64,000 nucleotides of DNA from Tubiluchus corallicola (Eukaryota > Animalia > Priapulida): the NCBI GenBank assembly GCA_030141605.1, contig JAQGDQ010000295.1, positions 1 to 64,000 of the forward strand. Reading direction: 5' to 3'. Below are positions 1 to 13,630 of the stretch, piece after piece (the stretch's first letter is position 1; every line of letters starts with the position of its first letter). A program made the translations under genes and the position numbers. The notes below the pieces were generated by a model. That model had not been told where the DNA came from and did no database searches. It saw nothing but the letters and a program-made list of their open reading frames with translations.

Positions 1-509
1 CTTAGGCAAAACTTCAAAATTAAAGAATTTTTCCAGAATTTGGCGCCCCCCCCCCAAACAACCTAACCTAGTCTGCTTAATGATCGAGCCGGCTCGGTGT
101 TACATAGTACTTCTGCATACAGCGGGATGTACTTCTGTCAATATTTCTGCTTCCTTTTTTTCAGTATAGCTTTTATTTCCGGCGTGTATCGAGTAGAATA
201 CTGTGCAACCTCCAATTGAGTTTTTTGCTACAGCCTTAAGTAAAATTGAATAAAATATTGATCGCACGGCTCTGGCTTCTTGACTAGGCTACTCAAGTAC
301 GTCCTTTTCGGAAAATAAATGAAACCACGAGTAAATTTTCACCAGTGAATAAAATTCACTCCTTGAGCTCGGCATTCATCCAGTTTTAATTAATTGCCAG
401 CCATCTGATGCAAGATTACAGTTACACGTTGAATAAGCTTAGAGAAAGAAATGAGAGGAAGAATGTTGGAGGAAAGAGTGTAGTAAGTATGCCGGATTTC
501 GTGAAAACG

Positions 510-1070
510 GTGACTAAGTAAGTGAGTGAGTGAGTGAGTGAGTGAGTGAGCGACCGAGTGAGCGAGCAAGCAAGCAAGCAAGCAAACAAACGAGCGAGAA
601 AGAAAGCATGTAATCAAGCAAGCAAGCAACAAATTTAATGTTTGCATGTTAAAGTAAATACTGAAATGACAAGTGAATGAAAAACGAACACAGAAAGAAT
701 GCTAAATGATTGCAAGAAAAAACGAAAAACTTGGAAAAAAGGATAAAGAGAAAGCAACGAAGCTTAAGAAGAATGAAAGAAAGAAGGAGCAAACGAAAGA
801 AATAATGGAGGAAAGAAGGGGGAAAGAATGGTTTCGTTGTTATTACGATACACAATATGATTGTGTACGTTGTTGTTGTTACGATATTGCAATAATTATG
901 ATTTTTGCTGTTACGAAGGAAATTGTGAAGAAACAAATGAAAGAAGGGAAGAATGAATAAATATTCAAGTATGGAAAAAGGTGAAAAAAGATGAAAAGAA
1001 GGAATGAAAATGAACATTTATGCGTTTTGCAGGGAAACAAGGAAAAAGAAAACTTACGAAGGAAAAAAGA
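510..1070. repeat. (GAGT)n/(AAGC)n microsatellites and purine-rich low-complexity tract
   Basis: Directly visible. Confidence 0.85.
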
Positions 1071-1499
1071 TTAGGAGGCGTCATCTTACTGTGAAACCGA
1101 GTTGCTTAAATCTTCCACTTTCTGGCATCCTCTTATAACTCTGTTAATTACGCAGTTTTGGTGGAAAAAACACCCACGGGTGGCCGTATTAATCGGTTTA
1201 TATTATAATATTATAATAGGTTAGATATTAGATTCTGAAATAATACAAATGGTTGGAATTTTTGTATTTAATTATGCAATATAACTAATTTTTGTTGGTT
1301 TGTTGCTACGTTGCGGGTATCATCGCGCATCCAGAATGATTGTACTTTTTATGGGCGTGCGCATCTCCATATTTATCTACAATAATCATGAAGCGTGTTA
1401 ATTTTTCCACATTTTTCCAAGCTGATGTGATGAATTAGTAACAGAAATACATGAAAACCGAGCAATGTTTACTAGTAACACGTTCTTGAATTTGTGGCC

Positions 1500-1790
1500 A
1501 GTTGTTGACATACTCGTCATCATCCTCTTCGTCGTCCTCTTTGTCATTTTCATCATCATCAGCCTTGCTTTTGATATAGTAGGTGTCAACACCATTGCCA
1601 TTATATTTGTGTCCACTGTCGCCATCAGTCGTCATGAATGTCATCCTTATCGTTGCTATCACCATCAACAATGTCAGCAGCATTGAAAAATAATTTTGTC
1701 ATCGGCTTCATCATCACTATCATCTTATCGCCATCATCATCAACACCATTATCGTTGTCATCATTATTATTATCACTATCATTTCAGATA
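1500..1790. repeat. Degenerate (CAT)n low-complexity tract
   Basis: Directly visible; explains the overlapping spurious ORFs. Confidence 0.8.
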
Positions 1791-1855
1791 CAAATAGTCA
1801 CTGAATTGCTTTATGATATCTTAGAGAACTGTATGTTATTTCACCAATGAACAAA

Positions 1856-3306
1856 TCACCAGTGGTATTGTTCGCCAGTGGTACATTTCGCCAATCGTAC
1901 GGTTCGGCAGTGTTACATTTTGCCAGTAGTACAGTCGCCATGATACAGTTCGCCTGATATAATTTTTTTGATGTATTATTTCTTTGTATTTTATTTTGTT
2001 TTATTTCTTTAACATAACGTTCCTGTTTGGCAGTGGTACAGTTAGCCAGTGCACACTTCGCCAATAGTACATTTCGTCAATAAAATATCTCTGTTATATT
2101 ATTACCTTATTCTTTAACAAAATCTTGAAGTTTTAGTCACAGAGATGTAGCTGCATTTTTTCGGAAACTCACTGGTAGATGCTAATGAGACAGCAGACAG
2201 AATTACATGTTTCCTGCTTTGGCAATTAATGCTAGGACCAATTTGAAATTGACTCGTTTTAAAAACATTTTGAAATTTAAATTTAGCCAGTGTGTTAAAC
2301 AATACTATAAATTGATATACTCTAACTTTTCTTGAATTTCGGTGAATTTAATAATGGCCTATCTATATTATTTTTTTCCGTTTTTTTACATTTCTAACTT
2401 TAAGTACCAATGGTCAAAAATGACCCACCACTGTTGACCACAGTTTGCACTAAAATACTGCATACACTAGTCATTTGTGCAAAGCTGCAGCTGCTGCTAC
2501 ATCGATAGCTTTGGGTTGACCGTTGATGAGTAGTTATTTCCAAGCAAGACACAAAACCAGGTAAGTTTAGAATAAAATTTCCGGTTCTTGGAGCGCGAAA
2601 AGAACAAATGCTTGTGGATGTTATAGGCATAACTGAGCAAAGATGCTAGCAGAAGATGATATGGCTGGTCAAGTGTGTGTGACGTTAGTAGATACTTTTT
2701 CTGAAAAAAGGTTATCACGTGATAACCGGCAATGACTTTTTACAAGCCCGAAGCTAGTAAAAAGCTTATAGATTAAAAGGAAAGAGACGCCTGGCGTTGT
2801 CATCATCAACAATATCGGGAATCATCAGGAAGAAACGTCGTGAAGTTCCATATAATAACGTCTTGATGAAACACAAGCCACTTCATTCAGGTGAAATGTA
2901 TAAATGCTCTTGAGATAGTGCTGACTGTATATAAAACAAGGATTTTTTTAAAAAAAAGAACGTTTGCATTGCACAGAGCTTTGGAAATTGACGAAAACCA
3001 CGAGACACTGGTTTACTGTAAGTGCGGAAAATATGGTATTATTGTTACCTTGGCAATCATTTTTTTACTGCACAACTAGAACTGAGGCTCCACATAGCGT
3101 AAGTTTAGTTTGCACTCGGCATCCAAAAATATCGAGAATACACGGGATTCGGTTAGGTACGACGTAATAAGATAGCAGAGAAATGTACCGCTGGGAAAAT
3201 GTACATCTGGCGAAATGTACCACTGGCAAACTGTACCACTGGCGAAGTGTGTCCGTAGAGACATGTATTGACGAACTGTGCCATTGGCGAAATGTAATTG
3301 CGAAAT
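1856..3306. mobile_element. Foldback-like DNA element relic with inverted arrays of a unit of about 16 bp
   Basis: Left arrays of GTGGTACATTTCGCCA variants (1856-2080) face right arrays of TGGCGAAATGTACCAC variants (3177-3306). Confidence 0.65.
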
Positions 3307-4027
3307 GGGGGGGGGGGGTTACCGTGTTAGAGACTTAGACCTTGATAGCTGCGCACTGCTTACACGAAGGAAATATAGTTTTGAGCTCTGGACATTTAAT
3401 TATTGGTTAAATGATTTTATGATCTTTGAACATCTAATTATTGATTCATTGATTGTCATACAGCATTATTGTTTAGGATAGAACTTGTGGTGTTCATATT
3501 GGCTGGGTTAGCGCTGGCGTAATTTTTAATGATGATTTACATTATGTGCGACATGAAAGTTTATAATTTTACACTGGCGCTGTTATTATATTCTCCGCCT
3601 CATTGCGGATCAATTTTATTGCGCTGATATTTGCGCTTTTAATAAATAATTAAATCTTTACAATCAACTACATGTATCATATAATATTTTAGAATAGTTT
3701 AATAATTGACAGCTGAAAAAATCTGTTTTTTCCCTTTTCTTATAAATAAAGGTACCAATTATTCCCAATCGAATCTGAGTTTATCAGACATTTGATGCAC
3801 AGATATGCATGCTTATTTCTAGAATAAAATAACTGAACTGAAAAAGAGTTAAATTGAATTCTAGGAAACCTTGGCGAAGGTTTGCAAAGACACTATGGGA
3901 ATTCGAAACTTAATTGCTGCTTCGAAAAAACAGAAATCAGAAGACAGTTTACAAAACAGAAAAAGTAATTCCAGAAAATGATTTTTCCCAACATGAAAAG
4001 TTGGAATCCAGCCTGGGTTTAGGAATA

Positions 4028-4181
4028 CGGTGGTCCAGTGGTCCAAGGCGTCTTGTTTGTAAACAGAAGGTCTCTGATTCAATCAGGAATACAGTCTGCA
4101 TTTGGAAATTCGGTGGTCCAGTGGTCCAAGGCGTCTTCTTTGTAAACAGAAGGTCCCTGGTTCAATCCAGGTTGCATGCCA
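4028..4181 (+). pseudogene. Tandemly duplicated tRNA-like (Thr-TGT-like) SINE head or pseudo-tRNA
   Basis: Two copies (4028-4087, 4111-4181) with A box TGGTCCAGTGG, a TTGTAAA loop and B box GGTTCAATCC (intact only in copy 2); no acceptor-stem pairing. Confidence 0.6.
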
Positions 4182-6410
4182 ACTTTTTGACATTCCCTAT
4201 CTTTCGAGGCAGGCATCAACTTTTAATTAATTGTGGGTTTGTTAAGTTTGTACCATAATTCGATTTGCCTTCTTTTGTTACTGTGGATTGTGTGAGAAGG
4301 CAAAAAAATTTTCCGATTTCTCTGCATACAGACGCGCAAATTTGCGTTAATGTCTTTGCCAACCTTCAACAAGGATCCCTATTTCCTCGATATTTCATGG
4401 CAGTTTATCTCCTATTCTGACAGACGAATCAGTAAAATCGGTGACGGAGGAAACGCACAGACAAGACAAACTTCACTGCCTCTATTGATCAGAAAATGTG
4501 ATTTATTCTCTAATAGCGTTTCTCTTTTTCTGTTTCATGTATCATCCGTGGAACGCTGACTGCAATAATGTAGGTAAGTGGCGTATTTATAAAACCATTT
4601 TTTGTACACTGACTGCGCGTGCATTATTAATCATGTAAAATGTATCGCATGTTGATTGCGCGTTTTTCTCTTTGAATGACAAATGTTATGACAAATTGTA
4701 AAAGCAAACAGACAGTGGGTTGCGTTTGCTTAAGTTTGTCGATTGTCGTTATTGTATACAATGTTTGCTGTCTTTTAAGGTTGATTATTTTAATGTTTTA
4801 CAAGAGGTATCTGTGCTGATTTCTTCAGATCTTCAAGATCTCTTTTTAATTTTGAATTCGGATGACAGCCATTAGAGAAGAAATAAAGGACAAAACCACA
4901 GATATCACAAACAAGTTACATCACACAAATTGTTGGGCAGTGAGAACGAGTTAATATTGAATAATGGACATTTTTAGTGACTGGAAAAATTTCGATCATT
5001 GAAGTAACAATAAGAAATCTGAAAGTAGTTGAGAATTGAAACCATAACTTTCTGATTGTTAATCAAACATGCTAATCGTTACATTGTTTAATAATAGACC
5101 GAACTTGTTTTTAATTCTGATCTCAAAATTTCCTCTCGGTCATACAAATCACGTTATTTCTATGCAGTAACGATAATAAATCAATAAAACTTATGTAGCA
5201 TTATAGCCTCGAATATATACAACAAGCGTGTGGGAATGAATATGTTTTTTTTCTGGAAAAACTTCTGTCATAATTTTTAACATGGACATTCATTTTTGTC
5301 CGGTTTGAAAGCCTAATGAACCTTACTGGTTTGGTTGGGACAGTCAAACGTTACAGGACAAAGATTTCAAGGGCAAATAACAAGAGAGCATATAGACGTC
5401 TTATGTTTGTGTTAAGATCACAACAACGACCTCTGATGAAAACATAATCATTTTGCTGACTACTTGAAAAACACTAAAACTGTGCATACTTAGAGATTAA
5501 TAAAAAGACTGCTGCTATCAGAAGCTGTTGTTGCGGTCTTATTTCTTCCAAAACTAAAATTTCCAATTTGCAGATCTGGAGTTTGTTATTAATATGTTAG
5601 TTTTTAATTTATATTTATATAGCGTAGTCTATGGTTTTCCTTTCCTCAAATTTTTTTTTGTGTAATTTTATTAATTTCGCTTTTAGTTCGCAACTTCCTT
5701 CGCAGCAAAACGAAGTCTGTGTTGCAGCTTTAACACATTACCGTTCTGTTATTAATAAACACTTTTAGCGAGTAAAATCAACATCGGTGCTTTTCGGTCT
5801 GGCTCAGGCATGTTGAAATTCGCGAATTTATCAAAAACTGCACAGCACAGCCTGTGAGTTACTGTCATGCTTTTTTGTGTTATTTTAGAAAATAAGTGAA
5901 CAACATCTCAAGGAAATTATTGGGAAGTTGGCACAGCTGAGACGTATAACTGGATTATGGGTATTTCATCACTCATTTGTTCCAGTTAATGGTAGCCAGT
6001 GAAATTAAGAGAATTGCATATAAACTTGAACTTGTTTAGATAACAGCGCATATGATGATATGAATGGGACAATCTTAAAACGAGTAATTAGCTGATTAAG
6101 TTTATTACACACTTTTCCGACCGCCAGTGTCGCTAAATGTCGAAGAAGTTCACTTCCTTCTGGTGTGTCAGCCATCCTGCTTTGACGCCATGTTGTGTCC
6201 TCCTTGTTAGCGATCGCTGACCTAATCCGTTTTACATTAGTAGGCTGTTCTTTAATTAGGATTGTAACTACAACATAAGCATAGACAAGATTATTTAACA
6301 TCTTTCCAGTAAGAGTATTATTTTGACATAAATTTAAAACACTAAAACTTACAAGTTTAGCATTTAATTTACATAATTATGAAAACTACGGACAATGAAG
6401 GTTACTAAAT

Positions 6411-7604
6411 GTAGACATTCAGTGGGAAAGTGAGGATTTCTGACGACTTCTGAGAAAATGAAAAAGAGCTTTAAAAGTCCCTTAAAAGTATAACGAATGC
6501 ACGGAAAAAGCAAGACGCCTTCTGCTGTGAAAATATGACGATTTGTGCTGTATTTTTTTTTTACAAAAAAGCGGTTAGGAAGTTGAGTGGTTTTTCCTGA
6601 CGACACATAGTTGCGTGCAATTAGTAAAAAATTATTAAAAGTTCAATTTCATTGATCATTAATATCATCAAAACTTAAGAATTCTGCATGTTATTTGCAG
6701 TGTGGTCCATAAGACTGCGCACAATGCGGTTTATACGTAGTCTTTAAGCGATTCAAGCTTTGCCTAACAGTTAAAGTCTTCTAGAGACAGTCCCGAATTC
6801 GAAGCGGATTCATTCAATTTACTATTTTGAAAACATTCAGGGATGAAACCTCTTAAATGGTAAACATTTGGGCGGCAGCTGAGTCGCAAAAGAGGAGGAG
6901 CAAAGGGTAAGATTGATGAAAAAGCCAGCAAAATGGAAAAGAGGTGACTCGAGCGTTGTCTTTAAGGGATTCAAGCATTTCGACACTCTCTACAAAATCT
7001 CTGAAGTCTTGGCTTTTCACAACATGACAATTTACCACAGAAATCAATTTCTTGTAAAACAAAAATTTAAAAGTGGGTACTCGCAGTCATTTTTGTATTG
7101 AGAATTCGTTTTACTACATTTTACGCGATCAGAAAGAGATGTAGTTGGCAGCGCTTTATAAATTCAACTTTTGTTTTTTAAAACTTTCTTCACTCGAAAT
7201 AAAGAAAGTTTTAGTATTGCAAGAAAGACAATATAGGTGATTGAGTAAATCGTCATTTAGGAAACGCATCCTAAAAGCAGAAGATAAGAATGCAAGAATA
7301 TTACCAAGTGTAGAAATCGAATGAAGAGGTGAGGATTATTGAGGACTTCTGAGAAAATGAAAAATAGGTTTTTAAACATCTCACAAAAGTATAATGAATA
7401 TATGGAAAAAAGCAACACGTTTCCTGTTGGGAATTTTCAATGATTTGTGCTGTATTTTTTACAAAAAAGCCGCTCAGGAAGTTGATTGGTTTTTACAATG
7501 CGACACTTGGTTGCGCAATATCTAATATTATTTAGAAATTGATAAAAATGTAATTCATTTATCACAAATCTGGTTAACCCTTAAAAATTTTGCATGTTAC
7601 TTGT
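6411..7604 (+). repeat. Diverged direct repeat pair of about 290 bp (6411-6698 and 7309-7604)
   Basis: Shared gacttctgagaaaatgaaaaa, gatttgtgctgtatttttt, acaaaaaagc and aggaagttga in the same order. Confidence 0.8.
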
Positions 7605-8754
7605 CAAGCGCACTAGTTTCATCTCCAGAAATATCTTCCCGTTCTGTACCACTACATCTTTTTTACTCTCAAAAATTACAGATCAATGCTACTTATTGTA
7701 GTACACTTTTTGCCAACTAGTGAAGCGACTTATAAGATCTATGCATACATTTTAGTTATCCTTAAAACGTTAATTTGTTTAGTAAACTCACTTCTCTTTG
7801 GAAATGGATCGACTTATTTACAAAAATCTATATAATCCGTATCTCTTCATTCTTCAATACTTCATTCATCTTTTAATTCACGGTGATTTCATAACCTTGG
7901 TGACGTGACATAATCTTTGACGTGCATAGCTGTGCGGATATTTACTGTTATCCATTCTTCTAAAGAAGTCAAGTATTTGTGACGCTGTAGAAGCATTATC
8001 AAGGCCAGCGGTTCAGTTTATAAATACATTTTTATGTGAAGTCGCGTTTGTTACGAAGTCTTGTATGAAGGCAACTGAAAGGACGAGAAGTGTTTGGATA
8101 TCGATTTCCTGTCAACAAGGCGAAAAGATTCGTTCTTTTGTCGTCCGAAAATCAAAATGAAGTGAAAGCTTGGCGATGAAAAGAGAGGGAATTTCTATGG
8201 ATCGGGCGAATCGCTGAATGGCAGAGTCCGTTGAAGGTCGCTGTCAAGCGTGCTATAGGGCGAACCTAGATCTATCTTAGCGTTCGGTTTACGTTATTTT
8301 TCATGTTTGTTCTGTTCATTTTCTAATTGAATTGCAAATAGGAACGTTTCTCGAGGATGCCTTTGATGCTAAAGGATTCTCTTACCTATTTGTATGTGTG
8401 TTATTTATTTTCCGTGTGAAGGTTCATTATTACTATTGTTATCATTTGAAAAGAAAATCTGGTTATGACTTTTGAGACTTAGTATCTTTCGCTTAACTAC
8501 AGCACGTCTTTTCTGCTGTAGACGTGGTTGCCCATATCAATTAGACATGCACAGAACTGTATTACCCAATAAAGGATTAATTATAGAGTCTCATGAGTCT
8601 CTTGCTTACTTTGACAGTCTTCAGGTCTTACAGCACAACTACATGTAGTAGGAAGATGGAAATTTTGCTAATGCTAATTAAGTACTATTTTCTCTATAAT
8701 CAGTTTTTACTTTATTATCAAGAGCTCGAATTTTGATAAAAACCAAATAACACC

Positions 8755-9132
8755 TGTATGGATTAATTATGCAGAATTGTCTTTATCGCTGTACCCTAGG
8801 GCACCTCACACTTGGGTGCCCTCAGACTTTGATGACATTTGGCAAAAAATCTGTTTTTTCACTATGGTTGTGTTAAAATACGCGGTAATTTGCAATAAAT
8901 AGTAAAATAGTAGTATTTCGTAAAGAATATTTTCATTGACAAACAAGAGATAGCTATTCTAGTTTATTTAAAGAATTTGCAATAAATTTACTTCAATGTA
9001 TATAGATGTCGCTAAGATATATCACGAGTAAAAAATATTCACGACAGGTGCTATGAGCCAGAGATGATTCAACCTGAGGGGCCACTTAATTTAATTAGTT
9101 TAGGTCCCCAAAAAGGTCATAATCCAGCCCTG
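8755..9132. mobile_element. Second, diverged copy of the 57755-58135 hAT MITE
   Basis: Shared blocks aaaaaatctgttttttcacta, aataaatagtaaaatagt and ttctagtttatttaaaga; right end ...GCCCTG; left terminus eroded. Confidence 0.8.
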
Positions 9133-12043
9133 CCCGTAGGTCTAGCTTTTGAAGCAAAGATATTGATAATTGATGTGTTGTCGGTTTTCGTGAGTGCAAT
9201 GGGACTTTTAAGATGCTATTATATAGGCCGCATAATACAGCCCCATACAATTCTAACTAATATGTGCATAGCATATTACTACTATGGCATAGCTATCACT
9301 AAGTAAATACAATTCTGGTATCAATTAAACAGTGCAAACCACTGGTCGAGTAAAATGTCTCTGATGGGATCAATATTCCTCCGGGCACCAGCATCAGCTT
9401 CTGATAAAAAGCTCGCGTGGAGCTTGTTACAATCCGCTGCAAACTGGTAAGTGACCACTCCAAGTCCGTCGTGTAAATGAGATCTTGTTTGATTTGAAAC
9501 ACACCACAGAAATTGAATAGTCATGTCCTTGCCCGGCAGTGTGTGGTGAAGAAGTGCTTGTTTTGTTCGCTCTCATTGGCTTCTTGCCGAGATGCATGCC
9601 GAATTGTGTGGATGGCAGGATTTGTGCTGCCACGAGAGAAAAAGTGGATTTCCGCACAAATAGGTGCAAGCAAAGTAATGCCACCGAAGGAATTTTCGTC
9701 TCTTATAAAGGCTATTGACTACTAGGGGCTACTATGTATTATATAATAACAGAGTTTATATTTGTAATAAATAATTATATTGTATAAAAAGAGCAGACAT
9801 TCTATTGTGTTATTCGTTAATAAATTTATTATTTGATAAATAAGCAATTAGAAGTCTTCAAGGGCGGAACCACAACCACCCACGATAGGGTGTAATTTTC
9901 AAGGTCATTTTTTGCAAGCTTTTTACCTCAAATTAGTTGTCACAAATTAAATGAAATGGATTCTACAACATCTTTTGATGAAAATCAAAGCTAAGTGGTA
10001 GCAGCTTTTTCGTTTAAACATAAGTTTAGCCAAGTTGTCACAGTAACAAACTAGGTAACAAATCAACAACAATGGATGTAATAATCGTAAACATTTCCTA
10101 CTGTGTATAGACAGAGTAATGTGTAGTTACAACTACGATTAGTGATTGCAGTAAAAAACTGCTGTAATACAAACAATTAAGTGTTCACAGAATTATCTAA
10201 GTTGGGTAAGAACAGATTAGTAAGGTCATTTCATACAAGATTATAGACTACTTTACACATTTGTACCCCTTGTTTTCAGTTTTTGGGTTCTTGTTAAAAA
10301 TCCCGAACATGTGCTCTGCATGCAGAAATGGCCTTGCAGGATATAGAAGACCTTTAGTTAGTCAGAAAACATTTTTTGTCTCTGCTGCCCCAGAAAACTG
10401 GTTTTGGTACATTTCGGCCTTTGGTTATATACTTCTATGATTCAGCAACTACCGTATATCTGTTTGATCCACTATCTGGATTGTTAATGATTTGCAAAAA
10501 TCCTATTGTAGCCTATACAGTATAGAAGCATCAAAAATGTATTTTGTTTTCATGTTTTCCGTGAATTAGTGTTCTAAAACTTGTTTAAATAGTTTTTGCT
10601 TTTAATTTACGTTGCTTAAGCGCAAAACAGGAATTCAGTTTGGCAGTAGATCGGTATGTCCTCGGCCGACTTGTCTGTTTATTAAAGGGAAACACGTGGC
10701 TTCGAGAAGCCCAAATTTACTGTATCAGATCTCGTCCGCCTCAGTGTACCCTTCTGTAAGCGCAGCTTAGATTTCTCTGGGGTTGGAATTACTTAATAAA
10801 AAAAATGATGTAGGAACTACAAACAATCAAAACGACGTGTTTCTGTTTAAAAATAAAATTTACAAACATCTTCAAAATGACCTTATGAATTTAAACAGAA
10901 TTTTTTTCTAAACGAGGTTAAGATTGGGTATATTATATTTACGATCTTGAAGGTCACTCATAGTTGTTGTTTTTTACTGCTGCAGAGCAAAAATATTGAA
11001 GCCAAATTTGCAGCATATCAAACAGTGATTAGTGAAAACTTAACGTATAGAAAATTGAGTACTTATTTGAGCACTTAATTGAGCACTTATTCAAAAAGTA
11101 ACTTGTTTCAAACTTAACTTAGTTTCCTCTCACACTCTAACTTTTCTTTAGCTTCGAAACCCACGTACTTGTTTTTATTTTTGAAAGCTGTTAGAGAAAT
11201 TGCTCAGAGTTCGGACTGAGTATCAAATAAATCACATCGATTTTAAATTCCATTCTTATTTGACATTACGATACACAAACAAAAACAATTTCGGGGCTGA
11301 ATAAACTTTATTTTGCATTTATTTGAATTTAAACCTTTATTGCAGAATTTCTTCCGTATACTAAACAGTAAAATGGTAATATTTAGAGAGTATTCATACA
11401 AGACTGGTAACATTGCTTTTAAGTTAGTTTTTATAAATGAGTTTGAGTTTTTTCATGAATAACCTACAACACTCACATACGTGTGTAAGTCATATTCACG
11501 CAGTTCAAATCGACGCTGTTTTGGCTGAACGTGGGTTAAACATATCAAATTTAGGGCTGCGTATATAATCCTGCCTGTTTTGCTTTGCATATAGTGCCTT
11601 CCGGGTGTTATACCCGCTTGTTGTCGCAACAATATCGAGATTAAACTAACAGAATTGTCTAGCAATCAATAGCCAGGCGAATTGAATAAGCTAGATTTCA
11701 TATATAGAAAATTTTGGTAAAACTAATTGCTGCACGGCCTTTCACCGTTGCGTGCGGCTTCTTACGCGGGTTACATGAACTGTTTGCGGCGTAGTGTGCC
11801 CCGTAATACAGCCGCGTAGTGTGCGCATTAAAACAGCACTGAAGGCCAACTATTGCAACTAAGGCGAAATGCTATTCAATTTCACCCCACCCTCGATATT
11901 GTAATGATTCACACCATTACAAATTCACTGCCACCTAAAACAGGCTGGGATATAATAGTTCTGTAGCGTGATGTCACTGGTATTCTAGCGCATATAACAA
12001 TGCACGCTCACATGTGACGAAACACAAGATGTTAATGTATCAA

Positions 12044-12444
12044 AATAAGCCGTTACATAATTCCAGCGATTGACGATGATCGTGAAAAGGTCAATGGTTA
12101 ACTGTACCAGACAACGTATTTGTGTACACTTGACAACGCCTCGCAGTCCATGCTGTTGTAATAGTAAGAGTTTTTTAACTCTACCTATCTAGCTAGCTAG
12201 AACCTTACCTAGTTCATTTTTTTGTTCCCAAGCAAGATCCTGTTAGTAAATCACTCTACTTGCAGACTAATGCATAATGAAGTAAAGTACACGTAAAACA
12301 ACTGACATTACTGAACTAATGCGGGAGGGTGCTTTTCTTTTGCCACCCATCATATGACGGTTGTAGTTAAGACACGTTTTTGTGGTGCACTTTTGACCTG
12401 CAGCAACTGCGCGTGCACAAAACGAAACTGTGAATAAGCTTATT
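12044..12444. mobile_element. About 400-bp interspersed MITE-like repeat, copy 1
   Basis: Collinear with 38481-38889 (atcgtgaaaaggtcaa, ccatgctgttgtaatagta, cagactaatgcataat); termini AATAAGC...GCTTATT. Confidence 0.8.
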
Positions 12445-13430
12445 TTTCTCGATATTCCAACCTACGAATGTCCAAAATAGGGAGCTGACAAAAATTCAGC
12501 TGGGTCTGGAAGGACCTTGCATTGTAAGTTCCCTTAATGATGCTGCCGGCCTTCAATACTTTTTATGCTTTCAGGCTTTAAGCATTGTGTATTTGCTGTG
12601 ATACCTGCTTTGATGTGTGTTTGTTGAATATTTCTTATGAATATTTTTACTGTTTTGTCTAAAACAATTTTAGATTCCTAGACCTAATTTGTGTTATACA
12701 GATTTATGCCAGTTGCTTTTTAATTGCTTACAATGTGTAATATTGGTCACTAATAGAATCTTAGTTTAAGCGGAATTGTAGGGAAGGTGTTGTGTTGCGC
12801 ACACTTCAGAGCCCATGCTTTTGTTATTATTACTAATATTGGTTATTGTCACAGTTAGTATTGTCAGTATTATTTTTTTCCATTGGCGATGCCCTACGTA
12901 ATTATCACGACAGACTGTCTTGTATGTATACAAGATGAATGTATACAAAATTACGTATGGACTGAAATCACTGAAATATAGTCAGTTATATATATAGTAA
13001 TACAGCCAGCTAGAGCATTAGAAATAAAGATAGAGAGCAGTGTAGGCAGACGGACAGGAAGATAGGGAGCAGGCGAAATTTTAAAGTTGACAATAAAATT
13101 ATAGAAGGCATATTACCAGCTTGTATAAATTGTTTTTGAATTTAGAATTTCATTTATCTCTACCTTGAATTGCCCTATTTTCTTCATGTTGTTCTGTGGA
13201 ATATCTTAAAAGTTGTGTTTTGATACTACTTCTGTTTTCTGTTGAACAGGAAGCGCCTTGCTAAAATTTTGACGGAAGGAAATTACAATCTAAATTTCCT
13301 AAGCCTAACAATAGCCCTAATCTTAACCCTGACCATAACTCTAATCCGCTTCACGAACAAATTTCTCGTGTGTGGGAAATTGTAAACTTTAACCATTTTG
13401 ACTTTGCTAGCGTTTAAACATAGTTTTAGA

Positions 13431-13630
13431 TAAAGCGCGTGCGCATAGAGAGATTGCTAGCTTACGCATCGAACAGTACTTCAAAGTGTGCAGTTTTTGT
13501 TTAACAATCGAATGCAGTTTTGCCCAACAACATGGCGCCCATTGTTTGCCGAACAGCAGAGCAATTGTTTGCCTCCTTTTGCCTCACCTTTTGCGCGAGT
13601 CTAGCAATCTCTATCTGAGGACGCACCTAA
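13431..13630. mobile_element. About 200-bp MITE with imperfect TIRs
   Basis: gcgtgcgcatagagagattgctag ... ctagcaatctctatctgaggacgc, bounded by TAA. Confidence 0.6.

Noticed and set aside
390-1850. Multiple overlapping ORFs, some hydrophobic or acidic
   Set aside because: By-products of microsatellite and low-complexity sequence
4111-4181. Functional tRNA-Thr gene
   Set aside because: No acceptor-stem pairing and an irregular T arm
9300-9725. Cluster of Cys-rich ORFs
   Set aside because: No recognisable domain or coherent splice structure; probably a decayed repeat
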